Assembly (NCBI GenBank): GCA_965205485.1 | Contig: OZ242180.1 | Span: 192,001-256,000, forward strand | Reading direction: 5' to 3' | Source of the DNA: Candidatus Latescibacterota bacterium | GTDB taxonomy: Bacteria; Latescibacterota; UBA2968; GCA-2709665 | Length of the DNA: 64,000 nt | Shown: piece by piece, positions 28,981-38,598 of the stretch | How the letters are laid out: the number at the start of each line of letters is the position of its first letter | Position numbering within the stretch: position 1 is the first letter of the stretch | Program-made: the position numbers and the translations under genes | The notes under the pieces: model-generated | What the model saw: the letters and a program-made list of their open reading frames with translations, nothing else | Told to the model about the DNA's origin: nothing | Database searches by the model: none

Positions 28981-29727
28981 TTAGCCGAACGGCTTCAGGG
29001 CCCGGATCTGTCTGACGTGTTCGGCCACCTCATCCGCGGAAGCGTCCAGCATTCGCTCGCCGTCCTCCGCGCTCGCCACCGTCGGGTCGCCAACGCCGCC
29101 GTGCCGAGTGCGCTGATCGAACCGGTAGTAGGACGCCACACCCGGCACCCGCATGCCGTCGCGCTCGCCATCGGCGTCCAGCCTGTCCGTTCGCACGAGT
29201 TCGGGACGGATCGCCAGGATCATCGACGTCTCCGTCTCGCCGGCGTGCCCGGACCCACCGGAACCCAGTTGGCGTATTTTGTCCAGTGCACCGCCGGAGG
29301 CCCACGCCCAGCGCGAGTAGAACTCCACGTCGCCGTCGGGGTACCGTTCCATCAGCCGCTGCAGCAGCACCGAGACATTCGCGCCGTTTCCGCCGTGGCT
29401 GTTCTGAATCAGAATCTTCCGGAACCCGTGACCCACCATCGACACCACGATGTCCATCATCAGCAGCAGGTGGGTCTCGGACACGGCGCTCACCGTACCG
29501 GGATAGCGAATGTGGTGCTGGGAGTACCCCAGCCACTGCACCGGCAGCACGAGCACGTCGTCCGGGCAGCGTTCGTGTACCCGCCTGGCCACCTCGCCGC
29601 CGATCAGACTGTCCGTAAACACTGGCAGGTGCAGGCTGTGCTGCTCGCACGAGGCCACGGGCATCAGTACCACGATATCCCGCGGCAGGGCGTCGATCTC
29701 GGGGGAGGTCATTTCAGCGAGGATCAT
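28981..29727 (-). CDS. Creatininase family amidohydrolase
   Basis: EQHSLHLP..TD, NSHGGN, HAGETETS and GGVGDP motifs. Confidence 0.9.
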   Translation of the reverse strand: MILAEMTSPEIDALPRDIVVLMPVASCEQHSLHLPVFTDSLIGGEVARRVHERCPDDVLVLPVQWLGYSQHHIRYPGTVSAVSETHLLLMMDIVVSMVGHGFRKILIQNSHGGNGANVSVLLQRLMERYPDGDVEFYSRWAWASGGALDKIRQLGSGGSGHAGETETSMILAIRPELVRTDRLDADGERDGMRVPGVASYYRFDQRTRHGGVGDPTVASAEDGERMLDASADEVAEHVRQIRALKPFG

Positions 29728-29823
29728 GTCTTCCACCTTTCGCCTGCGGACGCGCAAGCCGACGACACGATACCGCCGGAATTGCCCGCTTCCGTCTGGA
29801 AAGTCAGGACGGACAATAAACGC

Positions 29824-30840
29824 CTAACGCCCAAACGCATCAAGCACATTCTGCACACACGCGCCAACGCTTTCCAGGTCGTATCCGCCCTCCTGCACCA
29901 GCAGCGTCGGAAGGTCCGCCCGGGCGAGCCGACATCCGATTGTCTCGAATGTAGAGACCGGCAGGTCGAACTTGCCCAGCGGGTCTTCCCTACAGGCGTC
30001 CACGCCCAGCGAAACCACCAGGAAGGCGGGCGCGAACCGGTCCACCTCGTTCAGCGCTCGGTCCAGCGCCTCCAGATACCGCGTTTCATCCGACCCGATG
30101 GCAAGCGGCAGGTTCACGTTCAGCCCGAGCCCGGCGCCTGAACCGGTCTCATCCGCGTGTCCGCTGAACCAGGGATACTCGAAGTCCGGATCCGCGTGGA
30201 TGGATGCGAACAGAACCGCGTCCGACCCGTAGAAGATCGACTGCGTTCCGTTCCCGTGGTGATAGTCCACGTCCAGCACGGCCACGCGACCGGCCACGCC
30301 AAGATATTTCGCTGCGGCGGCGGCGTGGTTAAGGTAGCAGTAGCCGCCATAGAGATCGCCCGCCGCGTGATGCCCCGGAGGACGGCAGAGCGCATAGACC
30401 GAGGTCTCGCCCTCCAGCAGCATCGCCGCGCCGGTCAGCGCGCAGTACGCGGCCTCGCGAGCCGCCGTGAAGGTGTACTCGAGTATCGGGGTCTGCGTCT
30501 CGAAGCCATAGTACCCCGCCTGATGTACGAGATCGCGGGGCCTGCGTGACGAGGCGCGCGCCGCGAACGTGTCGGGGATCAGTCCGGTTTCGCCGCCTCC
30601 ACCCCGGTCCACCCACGCCGCGTGGACGTGCTCCAGGAAGCGCAGATAGCCCGCGTCGTGAACGGCACGGATTGCATCCATCGAGAACGTCCGCGGCGGC
30701 AGCACTTCGTACGTGCCCTGAATCGCGCGCAGAATCGCCTCGGCCCGCGCCGGGATTTCCGGATTCGGTCTCAGTCGGCCGCCGATGAACTGATCGCGCG
30801 GCGCGTGGCGTTTGTGATCCGGCGAATAGATGACTTTCAT
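29824..30840 (-). CDS. Histone deacetylase family / acetylpolyamine amidohydrolase
   Basis: RPPGHH, GYCYLN, DVDYHHGNGTQ and QEGGY motifs. Start MKVIYS. Confidence 0.92.
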   Translation of the reverse strand: MKVIYSPDHKRHAPRDQFIGGRLRPNPEIPARAEAILRAIQGTYEVLPPRTFSMDAIRAVHDAGYLRFLEHVHAAWVDRGGGGETGLIPDTFAARASSRRPRDLVHQAGYYGFETQTPILEYTFTAAREAAYCALTGAAMLLEGETSVYALCRPPGHHAAGDLYGGYCYLNHAAAAAKYLGVAGRVAVLDVDYHHGNGTQSIFYGSDAVLFASIHADPDFEYPWFSGHADETGSGAGLGLNVNLPLAIGSDETRYLEALDRALNEVDRFAPAFLVVSLGVDACREDPLGKFDLPVSTFETIGCRLARADLPTLLVQEGGYDLESVGACVQNVLDAFGR

Positions 30841-31007
30841 TGCATCCCTGGAAGGCGTGAGGACGTGAATCTCACGCGATTTCGTAAGGACTTCTGAGTT
30901 TCGCGGGCATTGCTTGAATTCTTTCCGGTCGTTTCGATATATTATTGGCAGAATGGGTGGGGAAAATATACCGTTCGCGTGTCTATATCTACAAAAGGGC
31001 CTTACAC

Positions 31008-32153
31008 ATGAACAATGACGCACACCTGATCCAACTTATTCTGACGGGTGATTCGCGAGCGCTCGAGCAACTCATTCGTAAGCACCAGGCGTCTGTTTAC
31101 TCCCAATCGCTCTATTGGATGAGAAATCCCGAAGATGCCCGCGAAGTCGTTCAGGACGTCTTCCTCAAAGCGTATCAGAACCTGGCTTCACTCAGGCGCC
31201 CCGAACGTTTCGAGGCGTGGCTGCGTCAGATTGCCCGTAACGAATGCCGGAACCGGCTGCGCATCAGACAGCCCGGCGCACGGCCGCTCACCCGGGAGGA
31301 ACCCGCCAACGAACAGTCCGCTGAAGCGCGGCTGATTCGAGATGAGACGATTGGTAGAGCCATTTCCGCAATTGACAGACTCCCCGCACTGGAACGCGAC
31401 CTGCTCAAATCCCGCTATCTGGACGAGATCCCGTATGCGGACCTGCAAAAGATCCACGGCCTTTCATATAAGGCCCTGACGATGCGCATACTCAGAGCCA
31501 AACGCAAGGTTCGTACTCAACTCCATCAGAACTTCGCTGATTTCCAGGTCACGCCGGACGAAGATGCCATATCGCCGGCAGCCGTTCCTTATCCGACGTC
31601 GAAACATCCGCAAAGAGGAGAACCCGCCGTGCCTCACACGCCCTTTGAATTCACTGCGCCGTATGCCGCGAAAAAAGACGGCAAGTTCGGGTACATCGAC
31701 AAAAACGGGGAAATGATCATCCCGCCCCAGTTCGAGAGAGCCCTGGGCTTTGTGGAGGGCCTCGGACGCGTGGGCATTGGCGACAAACAGGGATATATCG
31801 ACGAAACCGGGAAGTTCGTCATTCCCCTGAAGTTCGACGAAGCCCACCCCTTCAGTGAAGGCCTCGCGGGTGCTCGAATCGGGGAACGATTCGGTTTTAT
31901 CGACAAATCCGGCGCGTTTGCGGTGCCGCCTCGTTACGAACAGGTCGAGCACTTCTCCGAAGGCATCGCCGCTGTCATGGAAAACGGCAAATGGGGATAC
32001 ATCAATCGACAGGGCGACACCATTGCCGAACCCCAATTCAACACCTGCTGGCCGTTCAACAACGGTGTTGCGCCGGTAATGGGAGACGGGAATTGCGGCT
32101 ATATTGACAATACGGGAAAACCCATCTATCTCTGGAAAACCGGTTCTCAATAG
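31008..32153 (+). CDS. ECF sigma factor fused to C-terminal WG (KWG) repeats
   Basis: DAREVVQDVFLKAY and FEAWLRQIARN (region 2), region 4 HTH, then about 5 repeats of GKxGYIDKxG..FsEG. Confidence 0.88.
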   Translation: MNNDAHLIQLILTGDSRALEQLIRKHQASVYSQSLYWMRNPEDAREVVQDVFLKAYQNLASLRRPERFEAWLRQIARNECRNRLRIRQPGARPLTREEPANEQSAEARLIRDETIGRAISAIDRLPALERDLLKSRYLDEIPYADLQKIHGLSYKALTMRILRAKRKVRTQLHQNFADFQVTPDEDAISPAAVPYPTSKHPQRGEPAVPHTPFEFTAPYAAKKDGKFGYIDKNGEMIIPPQFERALGFVEGLGRVGIGDKQGYIDETGKFVIPLKFDEAHPFSEGLAGARIGERFGFIDKSGAFAVPPRYEQVEHFSEGIAAVMENGKWGYINRQGDTIAEPQFNTCWPFNNGVAPVMGDGNCGYIDNTGKPIYLWKTGSQ

Positions 32154-32171
32154 GCGTCTTCACGTCCGCCT

Positions 32172-33731
32172 CTACAGCCTTTCCAGCCGCCCATCCGACA
32201 GAACAAAGACCTCATCCGCCACGCGGGAAATCAATCGCCGGTCATGGCTGACGACGAGGAATCCGCCGGGAAACGTCTCCAGCAGTCCTTCGAGCACCTC
32301 CACGGACTCGATGTCCAGGTGCGTCGTTGGCTCGTCCAGGACCAGAAACTCCATCCGTTTCAGGATCATCTTTACGATGGCGCCGCGCATGCGCTCACCG
32401 TAACTCAGGGTTTGCACCGGCCGGACCACCTTGTCGGCCTTCAGCCTCGCCGCGCCGAGGTACTGGCGCACCTCGCTCTCCCCGTATCCGGCATCGATGA
32501 AATTGTCCAGGAAAATCTCCCTTTCGTAAAACCCGTCCAGACCCTGCGTCAGATAACCCACCCTGGCGTTTGTATTGAAGTAGACTGCGCCCGAGTCGGG
32601 CGGCAGTTTCCCCGTCATCACGTTCAGGAGCGTTGTCTTTCCGGCCCCGTTCGGGCCCATCAGCGCAATCCGGTCTCTGGTCTCCACCACGAGGTCCAGG
32701 GCCTCGAGGACCGGGTCGCCGCCCATCCGCCTTCCTGCAGATTCCATCCTCGCCACGAGCCGCCGGTCCACCTCGTAAGGCGGGAAATTCAACCTGACTT
32801 TCTTTTCAATCCAGGGCTTTTCCTCTTCCAGCGCGGTCCTGTGCCGATCCAGGCGCCGTTCCATCGCCTTCCCGCCTTTGGTCACCTTTGCCGCCAGACG
32901 ACGGCTTGACGAATCCCTCGTCTCGTTCTCCCGGCTCGCCCCCCACGCCATGCGCCGGCGCATGGCCTCCTGGAGGCTGGATATCTTCTTCCCGAGTGTC
33001 CTGGCTCTTTCCGACCGGTCGTGAAATTCCCGCTCCCTGTGCTCCAACGCGGTGGAATAGCCGCCCCGGACCGAGAACAGGCTCCCCCGCTCCAGGTAAA
33101 TCGTCCTATCCGCGACGTTGTCGATCAGCTCGCGGTCATGACTCACGATCAATATGGCCCGTCCCCGTCGCTTTGCGAGACCGATGGCCTCCTCGAACGC
33201 CGTAATGCCCCGGATATCCAGATAGTTCAGCGGTTCATCGAACAGCATCAGGTCCGCGTCCAGCGCCAGAGCACCGGCGAGGTCCACTTTCCGCTGCTGC
33301 CCTCGGGACATTCTGCCGTACCCCAGTTCCAGCTCCACGCCGAAGTTCGCGGCATGGGCTCGAATTCGGTCTTCTCGCGCGAACCCGCCGGACTCGTAGT
33401 AGTCCTGATAGTATTCGTGCCGCCCGTCCTGAATGCCCCTGTAAAGCCGAGCCAATTCAGCGTCAAACGACAGCGCGCGCTCCATCGCAGGCCCGTCCAG
33501 GTCCACCGGGCTTTCCTGGGGCACGCAGACCGGCGTGACGGACCTGTCAAGCGCGACTTCGCCCTCGAAGTCCGTGATTTCCCCGGAAAGGCATTTCATC
33601 AGCGTGGTCTTGCCGCATCCGTTTGCGCCCACCACCGCAACAGCCTCGCCGCCGTGAAGGCTTAACGAAATGCCGTCCAGCACGGTTACAGCGCCGTAGG
33701 AAACGCGAAGATCATGAACCTGAAGCACCAA
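32172..33731 (-). CDS. ABC-F family ATPase (ribosomal-protection-like)
   Basis: Two NBDs (GANGCGKTT/FDEPLNYLD and GPNGAGKTT/LDEPTTHLD), no TM segments, long helical linker. AGGAGGTG RBS before TTG at 33731. Confidence 0.9.
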   Translation of the reverse strand: MVLQVHDLRVSYGAVTVLDGISLSLHGGEAVAVVGANGCGKTTLMKCLSGEITDFEGEVALDRSVTPVCVPQESPVDLDGPAMERALSFDAELARLYRGIQDGRHEYYQDYYESGGFAREDRIRAHAANFGVELELGYGRMSRGQQRKVDLAGALALDADLMLFDEPLNYLDIRGITAFEEAIGLAKRRGRAILIVSHDRELIDNVADRTIYLERGSLFSVRGGYSTALEHREREFHDRSERARTLGKKISSLQEAMRRRMAWGASRENETRDSSSRRLAAKVTKGGKAMERRLDRHRTALEEEKPWIEKKVRLNFPPYEVDRRLVARMESAGRRMGGDPVLEALDLVVETRDRIALMGPNGAGKTTLLNVMTGKLPPDSGAVYFNTNARVGYLTQGLDGFYEREIFLDNFIDAGYGESEVRQYLGAARLKADKVVRPVQTLSYGERMRGAIVKMILKRMEFLVLDEPTTHLDIESVEVLEGLLETFPGGFLVVSHDRRLISRVADEVFVLSDGRLERL

Positions 33732-33770
33732 TTCACCTCCTTCCATTCAAGATTTCGAACGCCCTGCACC

Positions 33771-33945
33771 CGCGACCTGAGCCGCTCCCTGAGCTTGCGG
33801 TCCCTGAGCCTGTCGAAGGGTCGAAGGGTCGGCGAAGGCCAGGAAGAACGCCAAACAGCTAACCATACGGGCATTTCGACATTTCGACAGGCTCAATGCA
33901 GGCATGCTTACTTCGGCAGGCTCAGCACAGGCAATGACCACGTGT
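33771..33945. repeat. Composite REP-like element, family B (CCCTTCGACAAGCTCAG-type units)
   Basis: Multiple ctgagcctgtcgaaggg / ttcgacaggctca units. Homologous in inverted orientation to 61900-62060. Confidence 0.8.
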
Positions 33946-34288
33946 CAAAAGGCCGTTTCGAAATCCATAATGCAAGGCTGGCCCAATGCAGTGCGCGCCT
34001 TTCGCCGCACTGACACCCCCGTACCTTCATCGGAATGGAGGCACCGCTTGCGCGCCCTCAGGTGTCGACCCCGCCGCGACAACGTCGGCGCAATCCGAAT
34101 CTGGATCCCCCTCGCCCGCGGGACCTACCCCCTAACCCCCGTACAGCGCATCCTGCCGCGACAGGAAGGGGGAATGGTCCGCCGATGGGATCAGATGTAC
34201 GGGGCTTGCAACCGTGGCGGGATGGCCGATTTCCGCCATCAATCATAGTATATATAACAGGACCGTCGGAAGATTACATCCAGCCTTT

Positions 34289-34476
34289 CTCCGCTCTTTC
34301 CTTTAGGAGAGAGGGCCGGGGAGAGAGGTCGTCCAAAAGGCGGTGAGACGGTAACGTAAAGAGGTGAGACGGATATATAAATTTGGTCTAAATGACAAGA
34401 ATTACATACAATAACTCAGGCAGACGTTGGGTTACCTCCCTCTTTCCTTCAGGAGAGAGGGCAGGGGAGAAAGGTC
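34289..34476. repeat. Two copies of a hairpin repeat, family C (CTCTTTCCTTYAGGAGAGAGGG..GGGGAGA.AGGTC)
   Basis: Direct copies at 34289-34330 and 34436-34476. Confidence 0.75.
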
Positions 34477-34853
34477 TGCGGGGGTAGAGGTAAGAGTACT
34501 CAAATATCCTTGCCCGGTGTGTTTTTCCTTTCTGCCACCGGGGTTGGCACGAGAAGAACCCTTACAAGGCTGGAAATCTCTACCGTCTCACGTCTTGCGT
34601 CTCACCAGATGGTGGGGCGGGGTGTGGTCCTCTACCGGCTTACGTCTACCCGCTTCTGGCTGACTCCCGTCATGTCTGCGTGGCCGCGGGGTTGCGTGGC
34701 CGAGTTCGCGACTTTTTGCCGGACTGTCTGTTGCTTATATTGCAGGCAATGATGCGCAGGCAGACACCCGCCGGGTACCTTTCATCCTGTCTATCCTGTT
34801 CATCCATATTGCATAATTCCCCATCGCGCATGCTCACGCAAACGGAGCCACAA

Positions 34854-35948
34854 ATGACCGACATCTCATTCGACGACCTGCTGGAAATCCGAAAAGGCGG
34901 AGACGGCCTCACGATGGGCGGCGGGGCGTCGCACATCGGCAGAATCGACACCTTGGAAGAGTGGGAAACAAAAGCGGACGCGCTTCGGACCATATTCCGT
35001 CAGACCCTGGGTCGAGGCCCGTCAGAGACGTGTCCCCTGGACGCTGAGGTCGTCTCGGAAACCGACCACGGCGACCACGTCAAGCGAAGCATTGCGTACA
35101 ACGTGGCGCCGGATGAGCGGATTGTCGCCGACGCGCTCATCCCCGCGGGCCTTAACGGAACCGCGCCGGCCGTACTCTGCATCCACCCCACCACGCCGTA
35201 CGGGCGAGAGCAGGTTATCGGCAACGATCCGTCCGAGAAGGGCCGGGACCGCGCGTACGCGCTTCATCTGGTCCGGCGCGGCTTCGTCACGCTGTCGTAC
35301 GACCTGTTGAGCGCCAACCAACGGAAATACAAGGGCCTGCGCGACTTCGACACCGCGCCCTTCTATGAGAGATTTCCCGAATGGTCCGTCCGCGGCAAGG
35401 ACCTGTGGGACCTCAGCCGCGCGGTCGATCTGCTCGAAACCATCCCCGAGGCGGACGATGGACGCATCGGATCCATCGGCCATTCGCAGGGGGGCGGGAT
35501 CACCATCCACGCGATGGCGCTCGAACCGCGCATCTCTGCCGGCGTGGCAAGTTGCGGCGACTGGCCCGCCCGGTTCTCCAAAAACCCGTTCAACAATGCG
35601 CGCACCGGCTGGTGGGTGGGGCGCCCCTTTCTGAGGCCGTACTGTCAGACCGGCAAACCCTTCCCCATCGAACTCCACGAATACCTGGCCCTGGCCGCGC
35701 CGCGCGCCATCATGCACATCACGGCGCTCAACGACTTTCAGTACAGCCTGGAGGAAACCCGTCTCACGCGCCCGGTGCTGGCGCGCATGGGCGAAACGGT
35801 TTCCCGCGTCTTTTCGCTATATTGCGTCAAAGACAACTTCCGCCAGGTCCTGCACGAAGAGGGCCACGGCTTCGCCGACGCGCACCGCGAAATCGGGTAC
35901 GCGTTTCTGGAAAACAAGCTCTCAGCGGATAGTCCGAGGGATTTGTAG
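34854..35948 (+). CDS. Alpha/beta hydrolase (dienelactone hydrolase/acetylxylan esterase-like)
   Basis: PAVLCIH, nucleophile elbow GHSQGG, APR and GHGF motifs. Confidence 0.85.
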   Translation: MTDISFDDLLEIRKGGDGLTMGGGASHIGRIDTLEEWETKADALRTIFRQTLGRGPSETCPLDAEVVSETDHGDHVKRSIAYNVAPDERIVADALIPAGLNGTAPAVLCIHPTTPYGREQVIGNDPSEKGRDRAYALHLVRRGFVTLSYDLLSANQRKYKGLRDFDTAPFYERFPEWSVRGKDLWDLSRAVDLLETIPEADDGRIGSIGHSQGGGITIHAMALEPRISAGVASCGDWPARFSKNPFNNARTGWWVGRPFLRPYCQTGKPFPIELHEYLALAAPRAIMHITALNDFQYSLEETRLTRPVLARMGETVSRVFSLYCVKDNFRQVLHEEGHGFADAHREIGYAFLENKLSADSPRDL

Positions 35949-35973
35949 GGGCAGGTTTCAAACCTGCCCCTAC
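35945..35973. repeat. GTAG-type REP palindrome, family D
   Basis: GTAGGGGCAGGTTTCAAACCTGCCCCTAC. Related copies at 55351-55378 and 61421-61445. Confidence 0.8.
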
Positions 35974-36137
35974 TGTTCTGTCCCGAAAATTCCTCACCAT
36001 TCGACCGGCGATTCATCCCGTCTCGCTACGTTCCCCTCGCTCGCCGACCTTACGCAGGTCGCCTGCGCTCTGGCGCCTTGCGAGACGGGCGACTCGGCGG
36101 TCGAATTCAGGCAACTTATTTCCGGGACAGAACATTA
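35971..36137. mobile_element. MITE, class 1 (17-bp TIRs, TA near both ends)
   Basis: TGTTCTGTCCCGAAAAT (35974-35990) and ATTTCCGGGACAGAACA (36118-36134) are inverted with 16/17 identity. Nested internal stems (tcgaccg/cggtcga, cccgtctcgc/gcgagacggg). No ORF. Confidence 0.7.
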
Positions 36138-36156
36138 CGTTCAAGAATGCAACACG

Positions 36157-36184
36157 AAAAGGGCCCCGGAAAAACCGGAGCCCT
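36157..36184 (-). terminator. Rho-independent terminator of the ABC substrate-binding gene
   Basis: GGGCTCCGG-ttttt-CCGGGGCCC hairpin then TTTT on the minus strand. Confidence 0.7.
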
Positions 36185-36213
36185 GTGCATGTACGAGTCT
36201 CTAATGTATTGGC

Positions 36214-37350
36214 TTACTTGAAGACTTCGAAGGCGCCGTTCCGCACCTTCAGCACAATGGGATTGTAAACCGCGTCGCCATCGGGATTGAACGAGAAACG
36301 CCCCAGAATGGTATCGACCTCCCGGGTATTGATCATCGCGCGTTTGATCGCACTCGCGTCCATCGATCCGGTTTCCGCGATTGCATTGGCGAGAACAAGC
36401 AGCGAGACATAAGAAATCGCGCCCCATGGATGCGGTTCATAGCCGTACCTGGCGATGTAATTTTCAACGAAGTCCTGGTTCCCGGGTGTGGAAGCGTTGC
36501 TTGCCCAACTCAATACGGAAATCGCGCCTTCGGCGGCGTCGCCCGCTTTCCTGACTTCGGCCAGGGACAGTTCAGGCATAATCATAGGAATCGTTGAAGG
36601 GATGCCAACCTCACGGGCGTTGACCAGAACTTGAATCATCTCCGCCGCCAGACACGAGACAAACACCGCCTGTGGCTTCAGAGCCATTATTCTGCTCAGC
36701 TGGTCGGCAAACGAGGTGTCGCCCGTTGCAAACGTCTCCCTTGTCAGAATCCGGACCTCGTTCTCGGCCAGGGCGTTGCGCAATTCCTCGTCCAGGCTGC
36801 GGGAATACACGTCGGTCGAATCGACCATGATCGCCACTCGTTGATACCCCAGTTTCTCCTTCGTGCCCTTGACGGCGCCTGGAGCGAGCGTGCCAACGTT
36901 GAGGCCTGTGCGGAAGATATAGTCGCCGATCGCGCTAAGGCCGACGGCGGTCGATGTCGGACTCAAAGCCAGAACCCCGCTCTGTTGAGCGATCGGAAAC
37001 ACCTCCTTCGCCACGGTGGAGATGCCGGGACCCAGGATGACGGACACACCATCCTCTTTGATAAGTTTATTGAACGCTTTCGTGGCGGCATCAACCGTGC
37101 CTCGGGAATCCTCCCTGATGAACTCGATGCTCGAGCCCCCGAGTATCGATGAACCGTTGATTTCTTCAAGGGCGAACTGGATGCCTTCCCACGCCGGCGC
37201 GCCGTATAAGATCTGCGGGCCGGTCAGCGGGAGTGCGACGCCGATCTCGATCTTTTCGGGCAGAGCATCCGCCGCGCAGCCCCAGCTCACGGCAGCGACG
37301 AGCGAGAAAACGAACAGACTGCGAATCCTGGTTAACAAGGCTGACCCCAT
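36214..37350 (-). CDS. Branched-chain amino acid (LivJ/K-like) ABC substrate-binding lipoprotein, stand-alone
   Basis: IEIGVALPLTG, EEIN, DYIFR and ILGRFSFNPDGD motifs. Lipobox-like SWGC. Confidence 0.9.
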   Translation of the reverse strand: MGSALLTRIRSLFVFSLVAAVSWGCAADALPEKIEIGVALPLTGPQILYGAPAWEGIQFALEEINGSSILGGSSIEFIREDSRGTVDAATKAFNKLIKEDGVSVILGPGISTVAKEVFPIAQQSGVLALSPTSTAVGLSAIGDYIFRTGLNVGTLAPGAVKGTKEKLGYQRVAIMVDSTDVYSRSLDEELRNALAENEVRILTRETFATGDTSFADQLSRIMALKPQAVFVSCLAAEMIQVLVNAREVGIPSTIPMIMPELSLAEVRKAGDAAEGAISVLSWASNASTPGNQDFVENYIARYGYEPHPWGAISYVSLLVLANAIAETGSMDASAIKRAMINTREVDTILGRFSFNPDGDAVYNPIVLKVRNGAFEVFK

Positions 37351-37486
37351 CGGTTAGGACTGCAATTGTGTATTTCAGGTCCTGGCGGTCCACGAATGAC
37401 TGAAACACCGTCTTGGGACGCCGCACTCAATTACTGAATGTAACGGATTTTCCGCCATTTAGCAATGATTCGGATTTCGCACAGAC

Positions 37487-38257
37487 TCAGTCCTGCAGCT
37501 TGAAGTGTATGGGAATTACGAGCCACACCTTTACCGGACGATCACTCTGGCGGGCCGGTTCGAACAGGAACTTGCCGACGGCTTCCCTGGCCGATGCCCG
37601 GAAGATCTCCTCGCCTTTCAGCACCTGGATCTGTTCCGCCTTTCCGTCCCGGCCGAGAAGCACTTTCAACATCACCGATCCTTGCAGGCCGGCACGCAGC
37701 GCAAACGCCGGATAATCAGGGATCGCCCTCCTGATCAGCCTGGGCTTCTGCTCCACTTTCCAGACTTCCAGGATTTCCTCCTCTTCGATGAGAACGGCTT
37801 CGCTTTCTGCCGTCGGAGGCGGCGGCAGATCCAAAGGCACGTCTTCCAGTTCGAGATCGGTGGTCTCGATCGTCATGTCGTCCGGCACGTTCTCGTCTTC
37901 GGTTTCGATGGGAATGGCCGGACGGGGCGGCGGAGGCGGACGCGTGATCTGCCGGGTCTCGGGAAGGTCCTCGACATGAATGATAATCTGTTCCGGTTTC
38001 GAAGTTGTGGCCTGAATGTCCAGGGTTGGAAACAGAACGGCAATTCCGGCATGCAGCGCCACGGAAAGCGCGAAGGAAAGGCCGAGAACCTGGCCATATC
38101 GCCGCTTCAGGTCCGCCTCCGGGTCCTTGTCCCGTTTTTCCACCTGGATGCCGGTCCGCCGATCCGCAAGAAGCAATTGAAAGCGCTTGCGTTTATTCCG
38201 CTGGGCGGCCAGTGTCGACAGGATGGATCCTTCAAACCGATGCAGCACGAACTTCAT
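37487..38257 (-). CDS. Energy transducer TonB family protein
   Basis: TM segment with SVALH, Pro/acidic linker, C-terminal PDYP..A..AGLQGSV...FEPARQ...IPIHFKL. Confidence 0.88.
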   Translation of the reverse strand: MKFVLHRFEGSILSTLAAQRNKRKRFQLLLADRRTGIQVEKRDKDPEADLKRRYGQVLGLSFALSVALHAGIAVLFPTLDIQATTSKPEQIIIHVEDLPETRQITRPPPPPRPAIPIETEDENVPDDMTIETTDLELEDVPLDLPPPPTAESEAVLIEEEEILEVWKVEQKPRLIRRAIPDYPAFALRAGLQGSVMLKVLLGRDGKAEQIQVLKGEEIFRASAREAVGKFLFEPARQSDRPVKVWLVIPIHFKLQD

Positions 38258-38598
38258 CTTGTCCCCCCTCGATGTATCTACACCAAACCGCGACAAAAAC
38301 CATCAACTGCAGAATGTATATACTTATCGATGCGGGCCGCTAACGTCGAGGTCGTGAATCGACATCTTCCACGGAAGAGCCGACATCGAAGTGTGGCTTT
38401 TCGACTTCGCAGAACGCTTTTTCGTTCCAAAAATCCGACGTTGAGTATGTAAGCAGACGGTGCGAAGCATTCCGGGCGCCGGCCGACGAAAAGCAGCTCC
38501 GCAGACCCTGTCCCCACTTATTTTCGTTTTAATTGACGGCCCTCAACCTTATACTTGAACCGGCACGCGTTATCAACGACAAACCGGAGGCGAAGACC

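Noticed and set aside
33750..34500. Possible CRISPR array or riboswitch among the clustered repeats
   Set aside because: Repeats are irregular, palindromic and nested without constant-length unique spacers. No cas genes are present and I recognise no riboswitch consensus.
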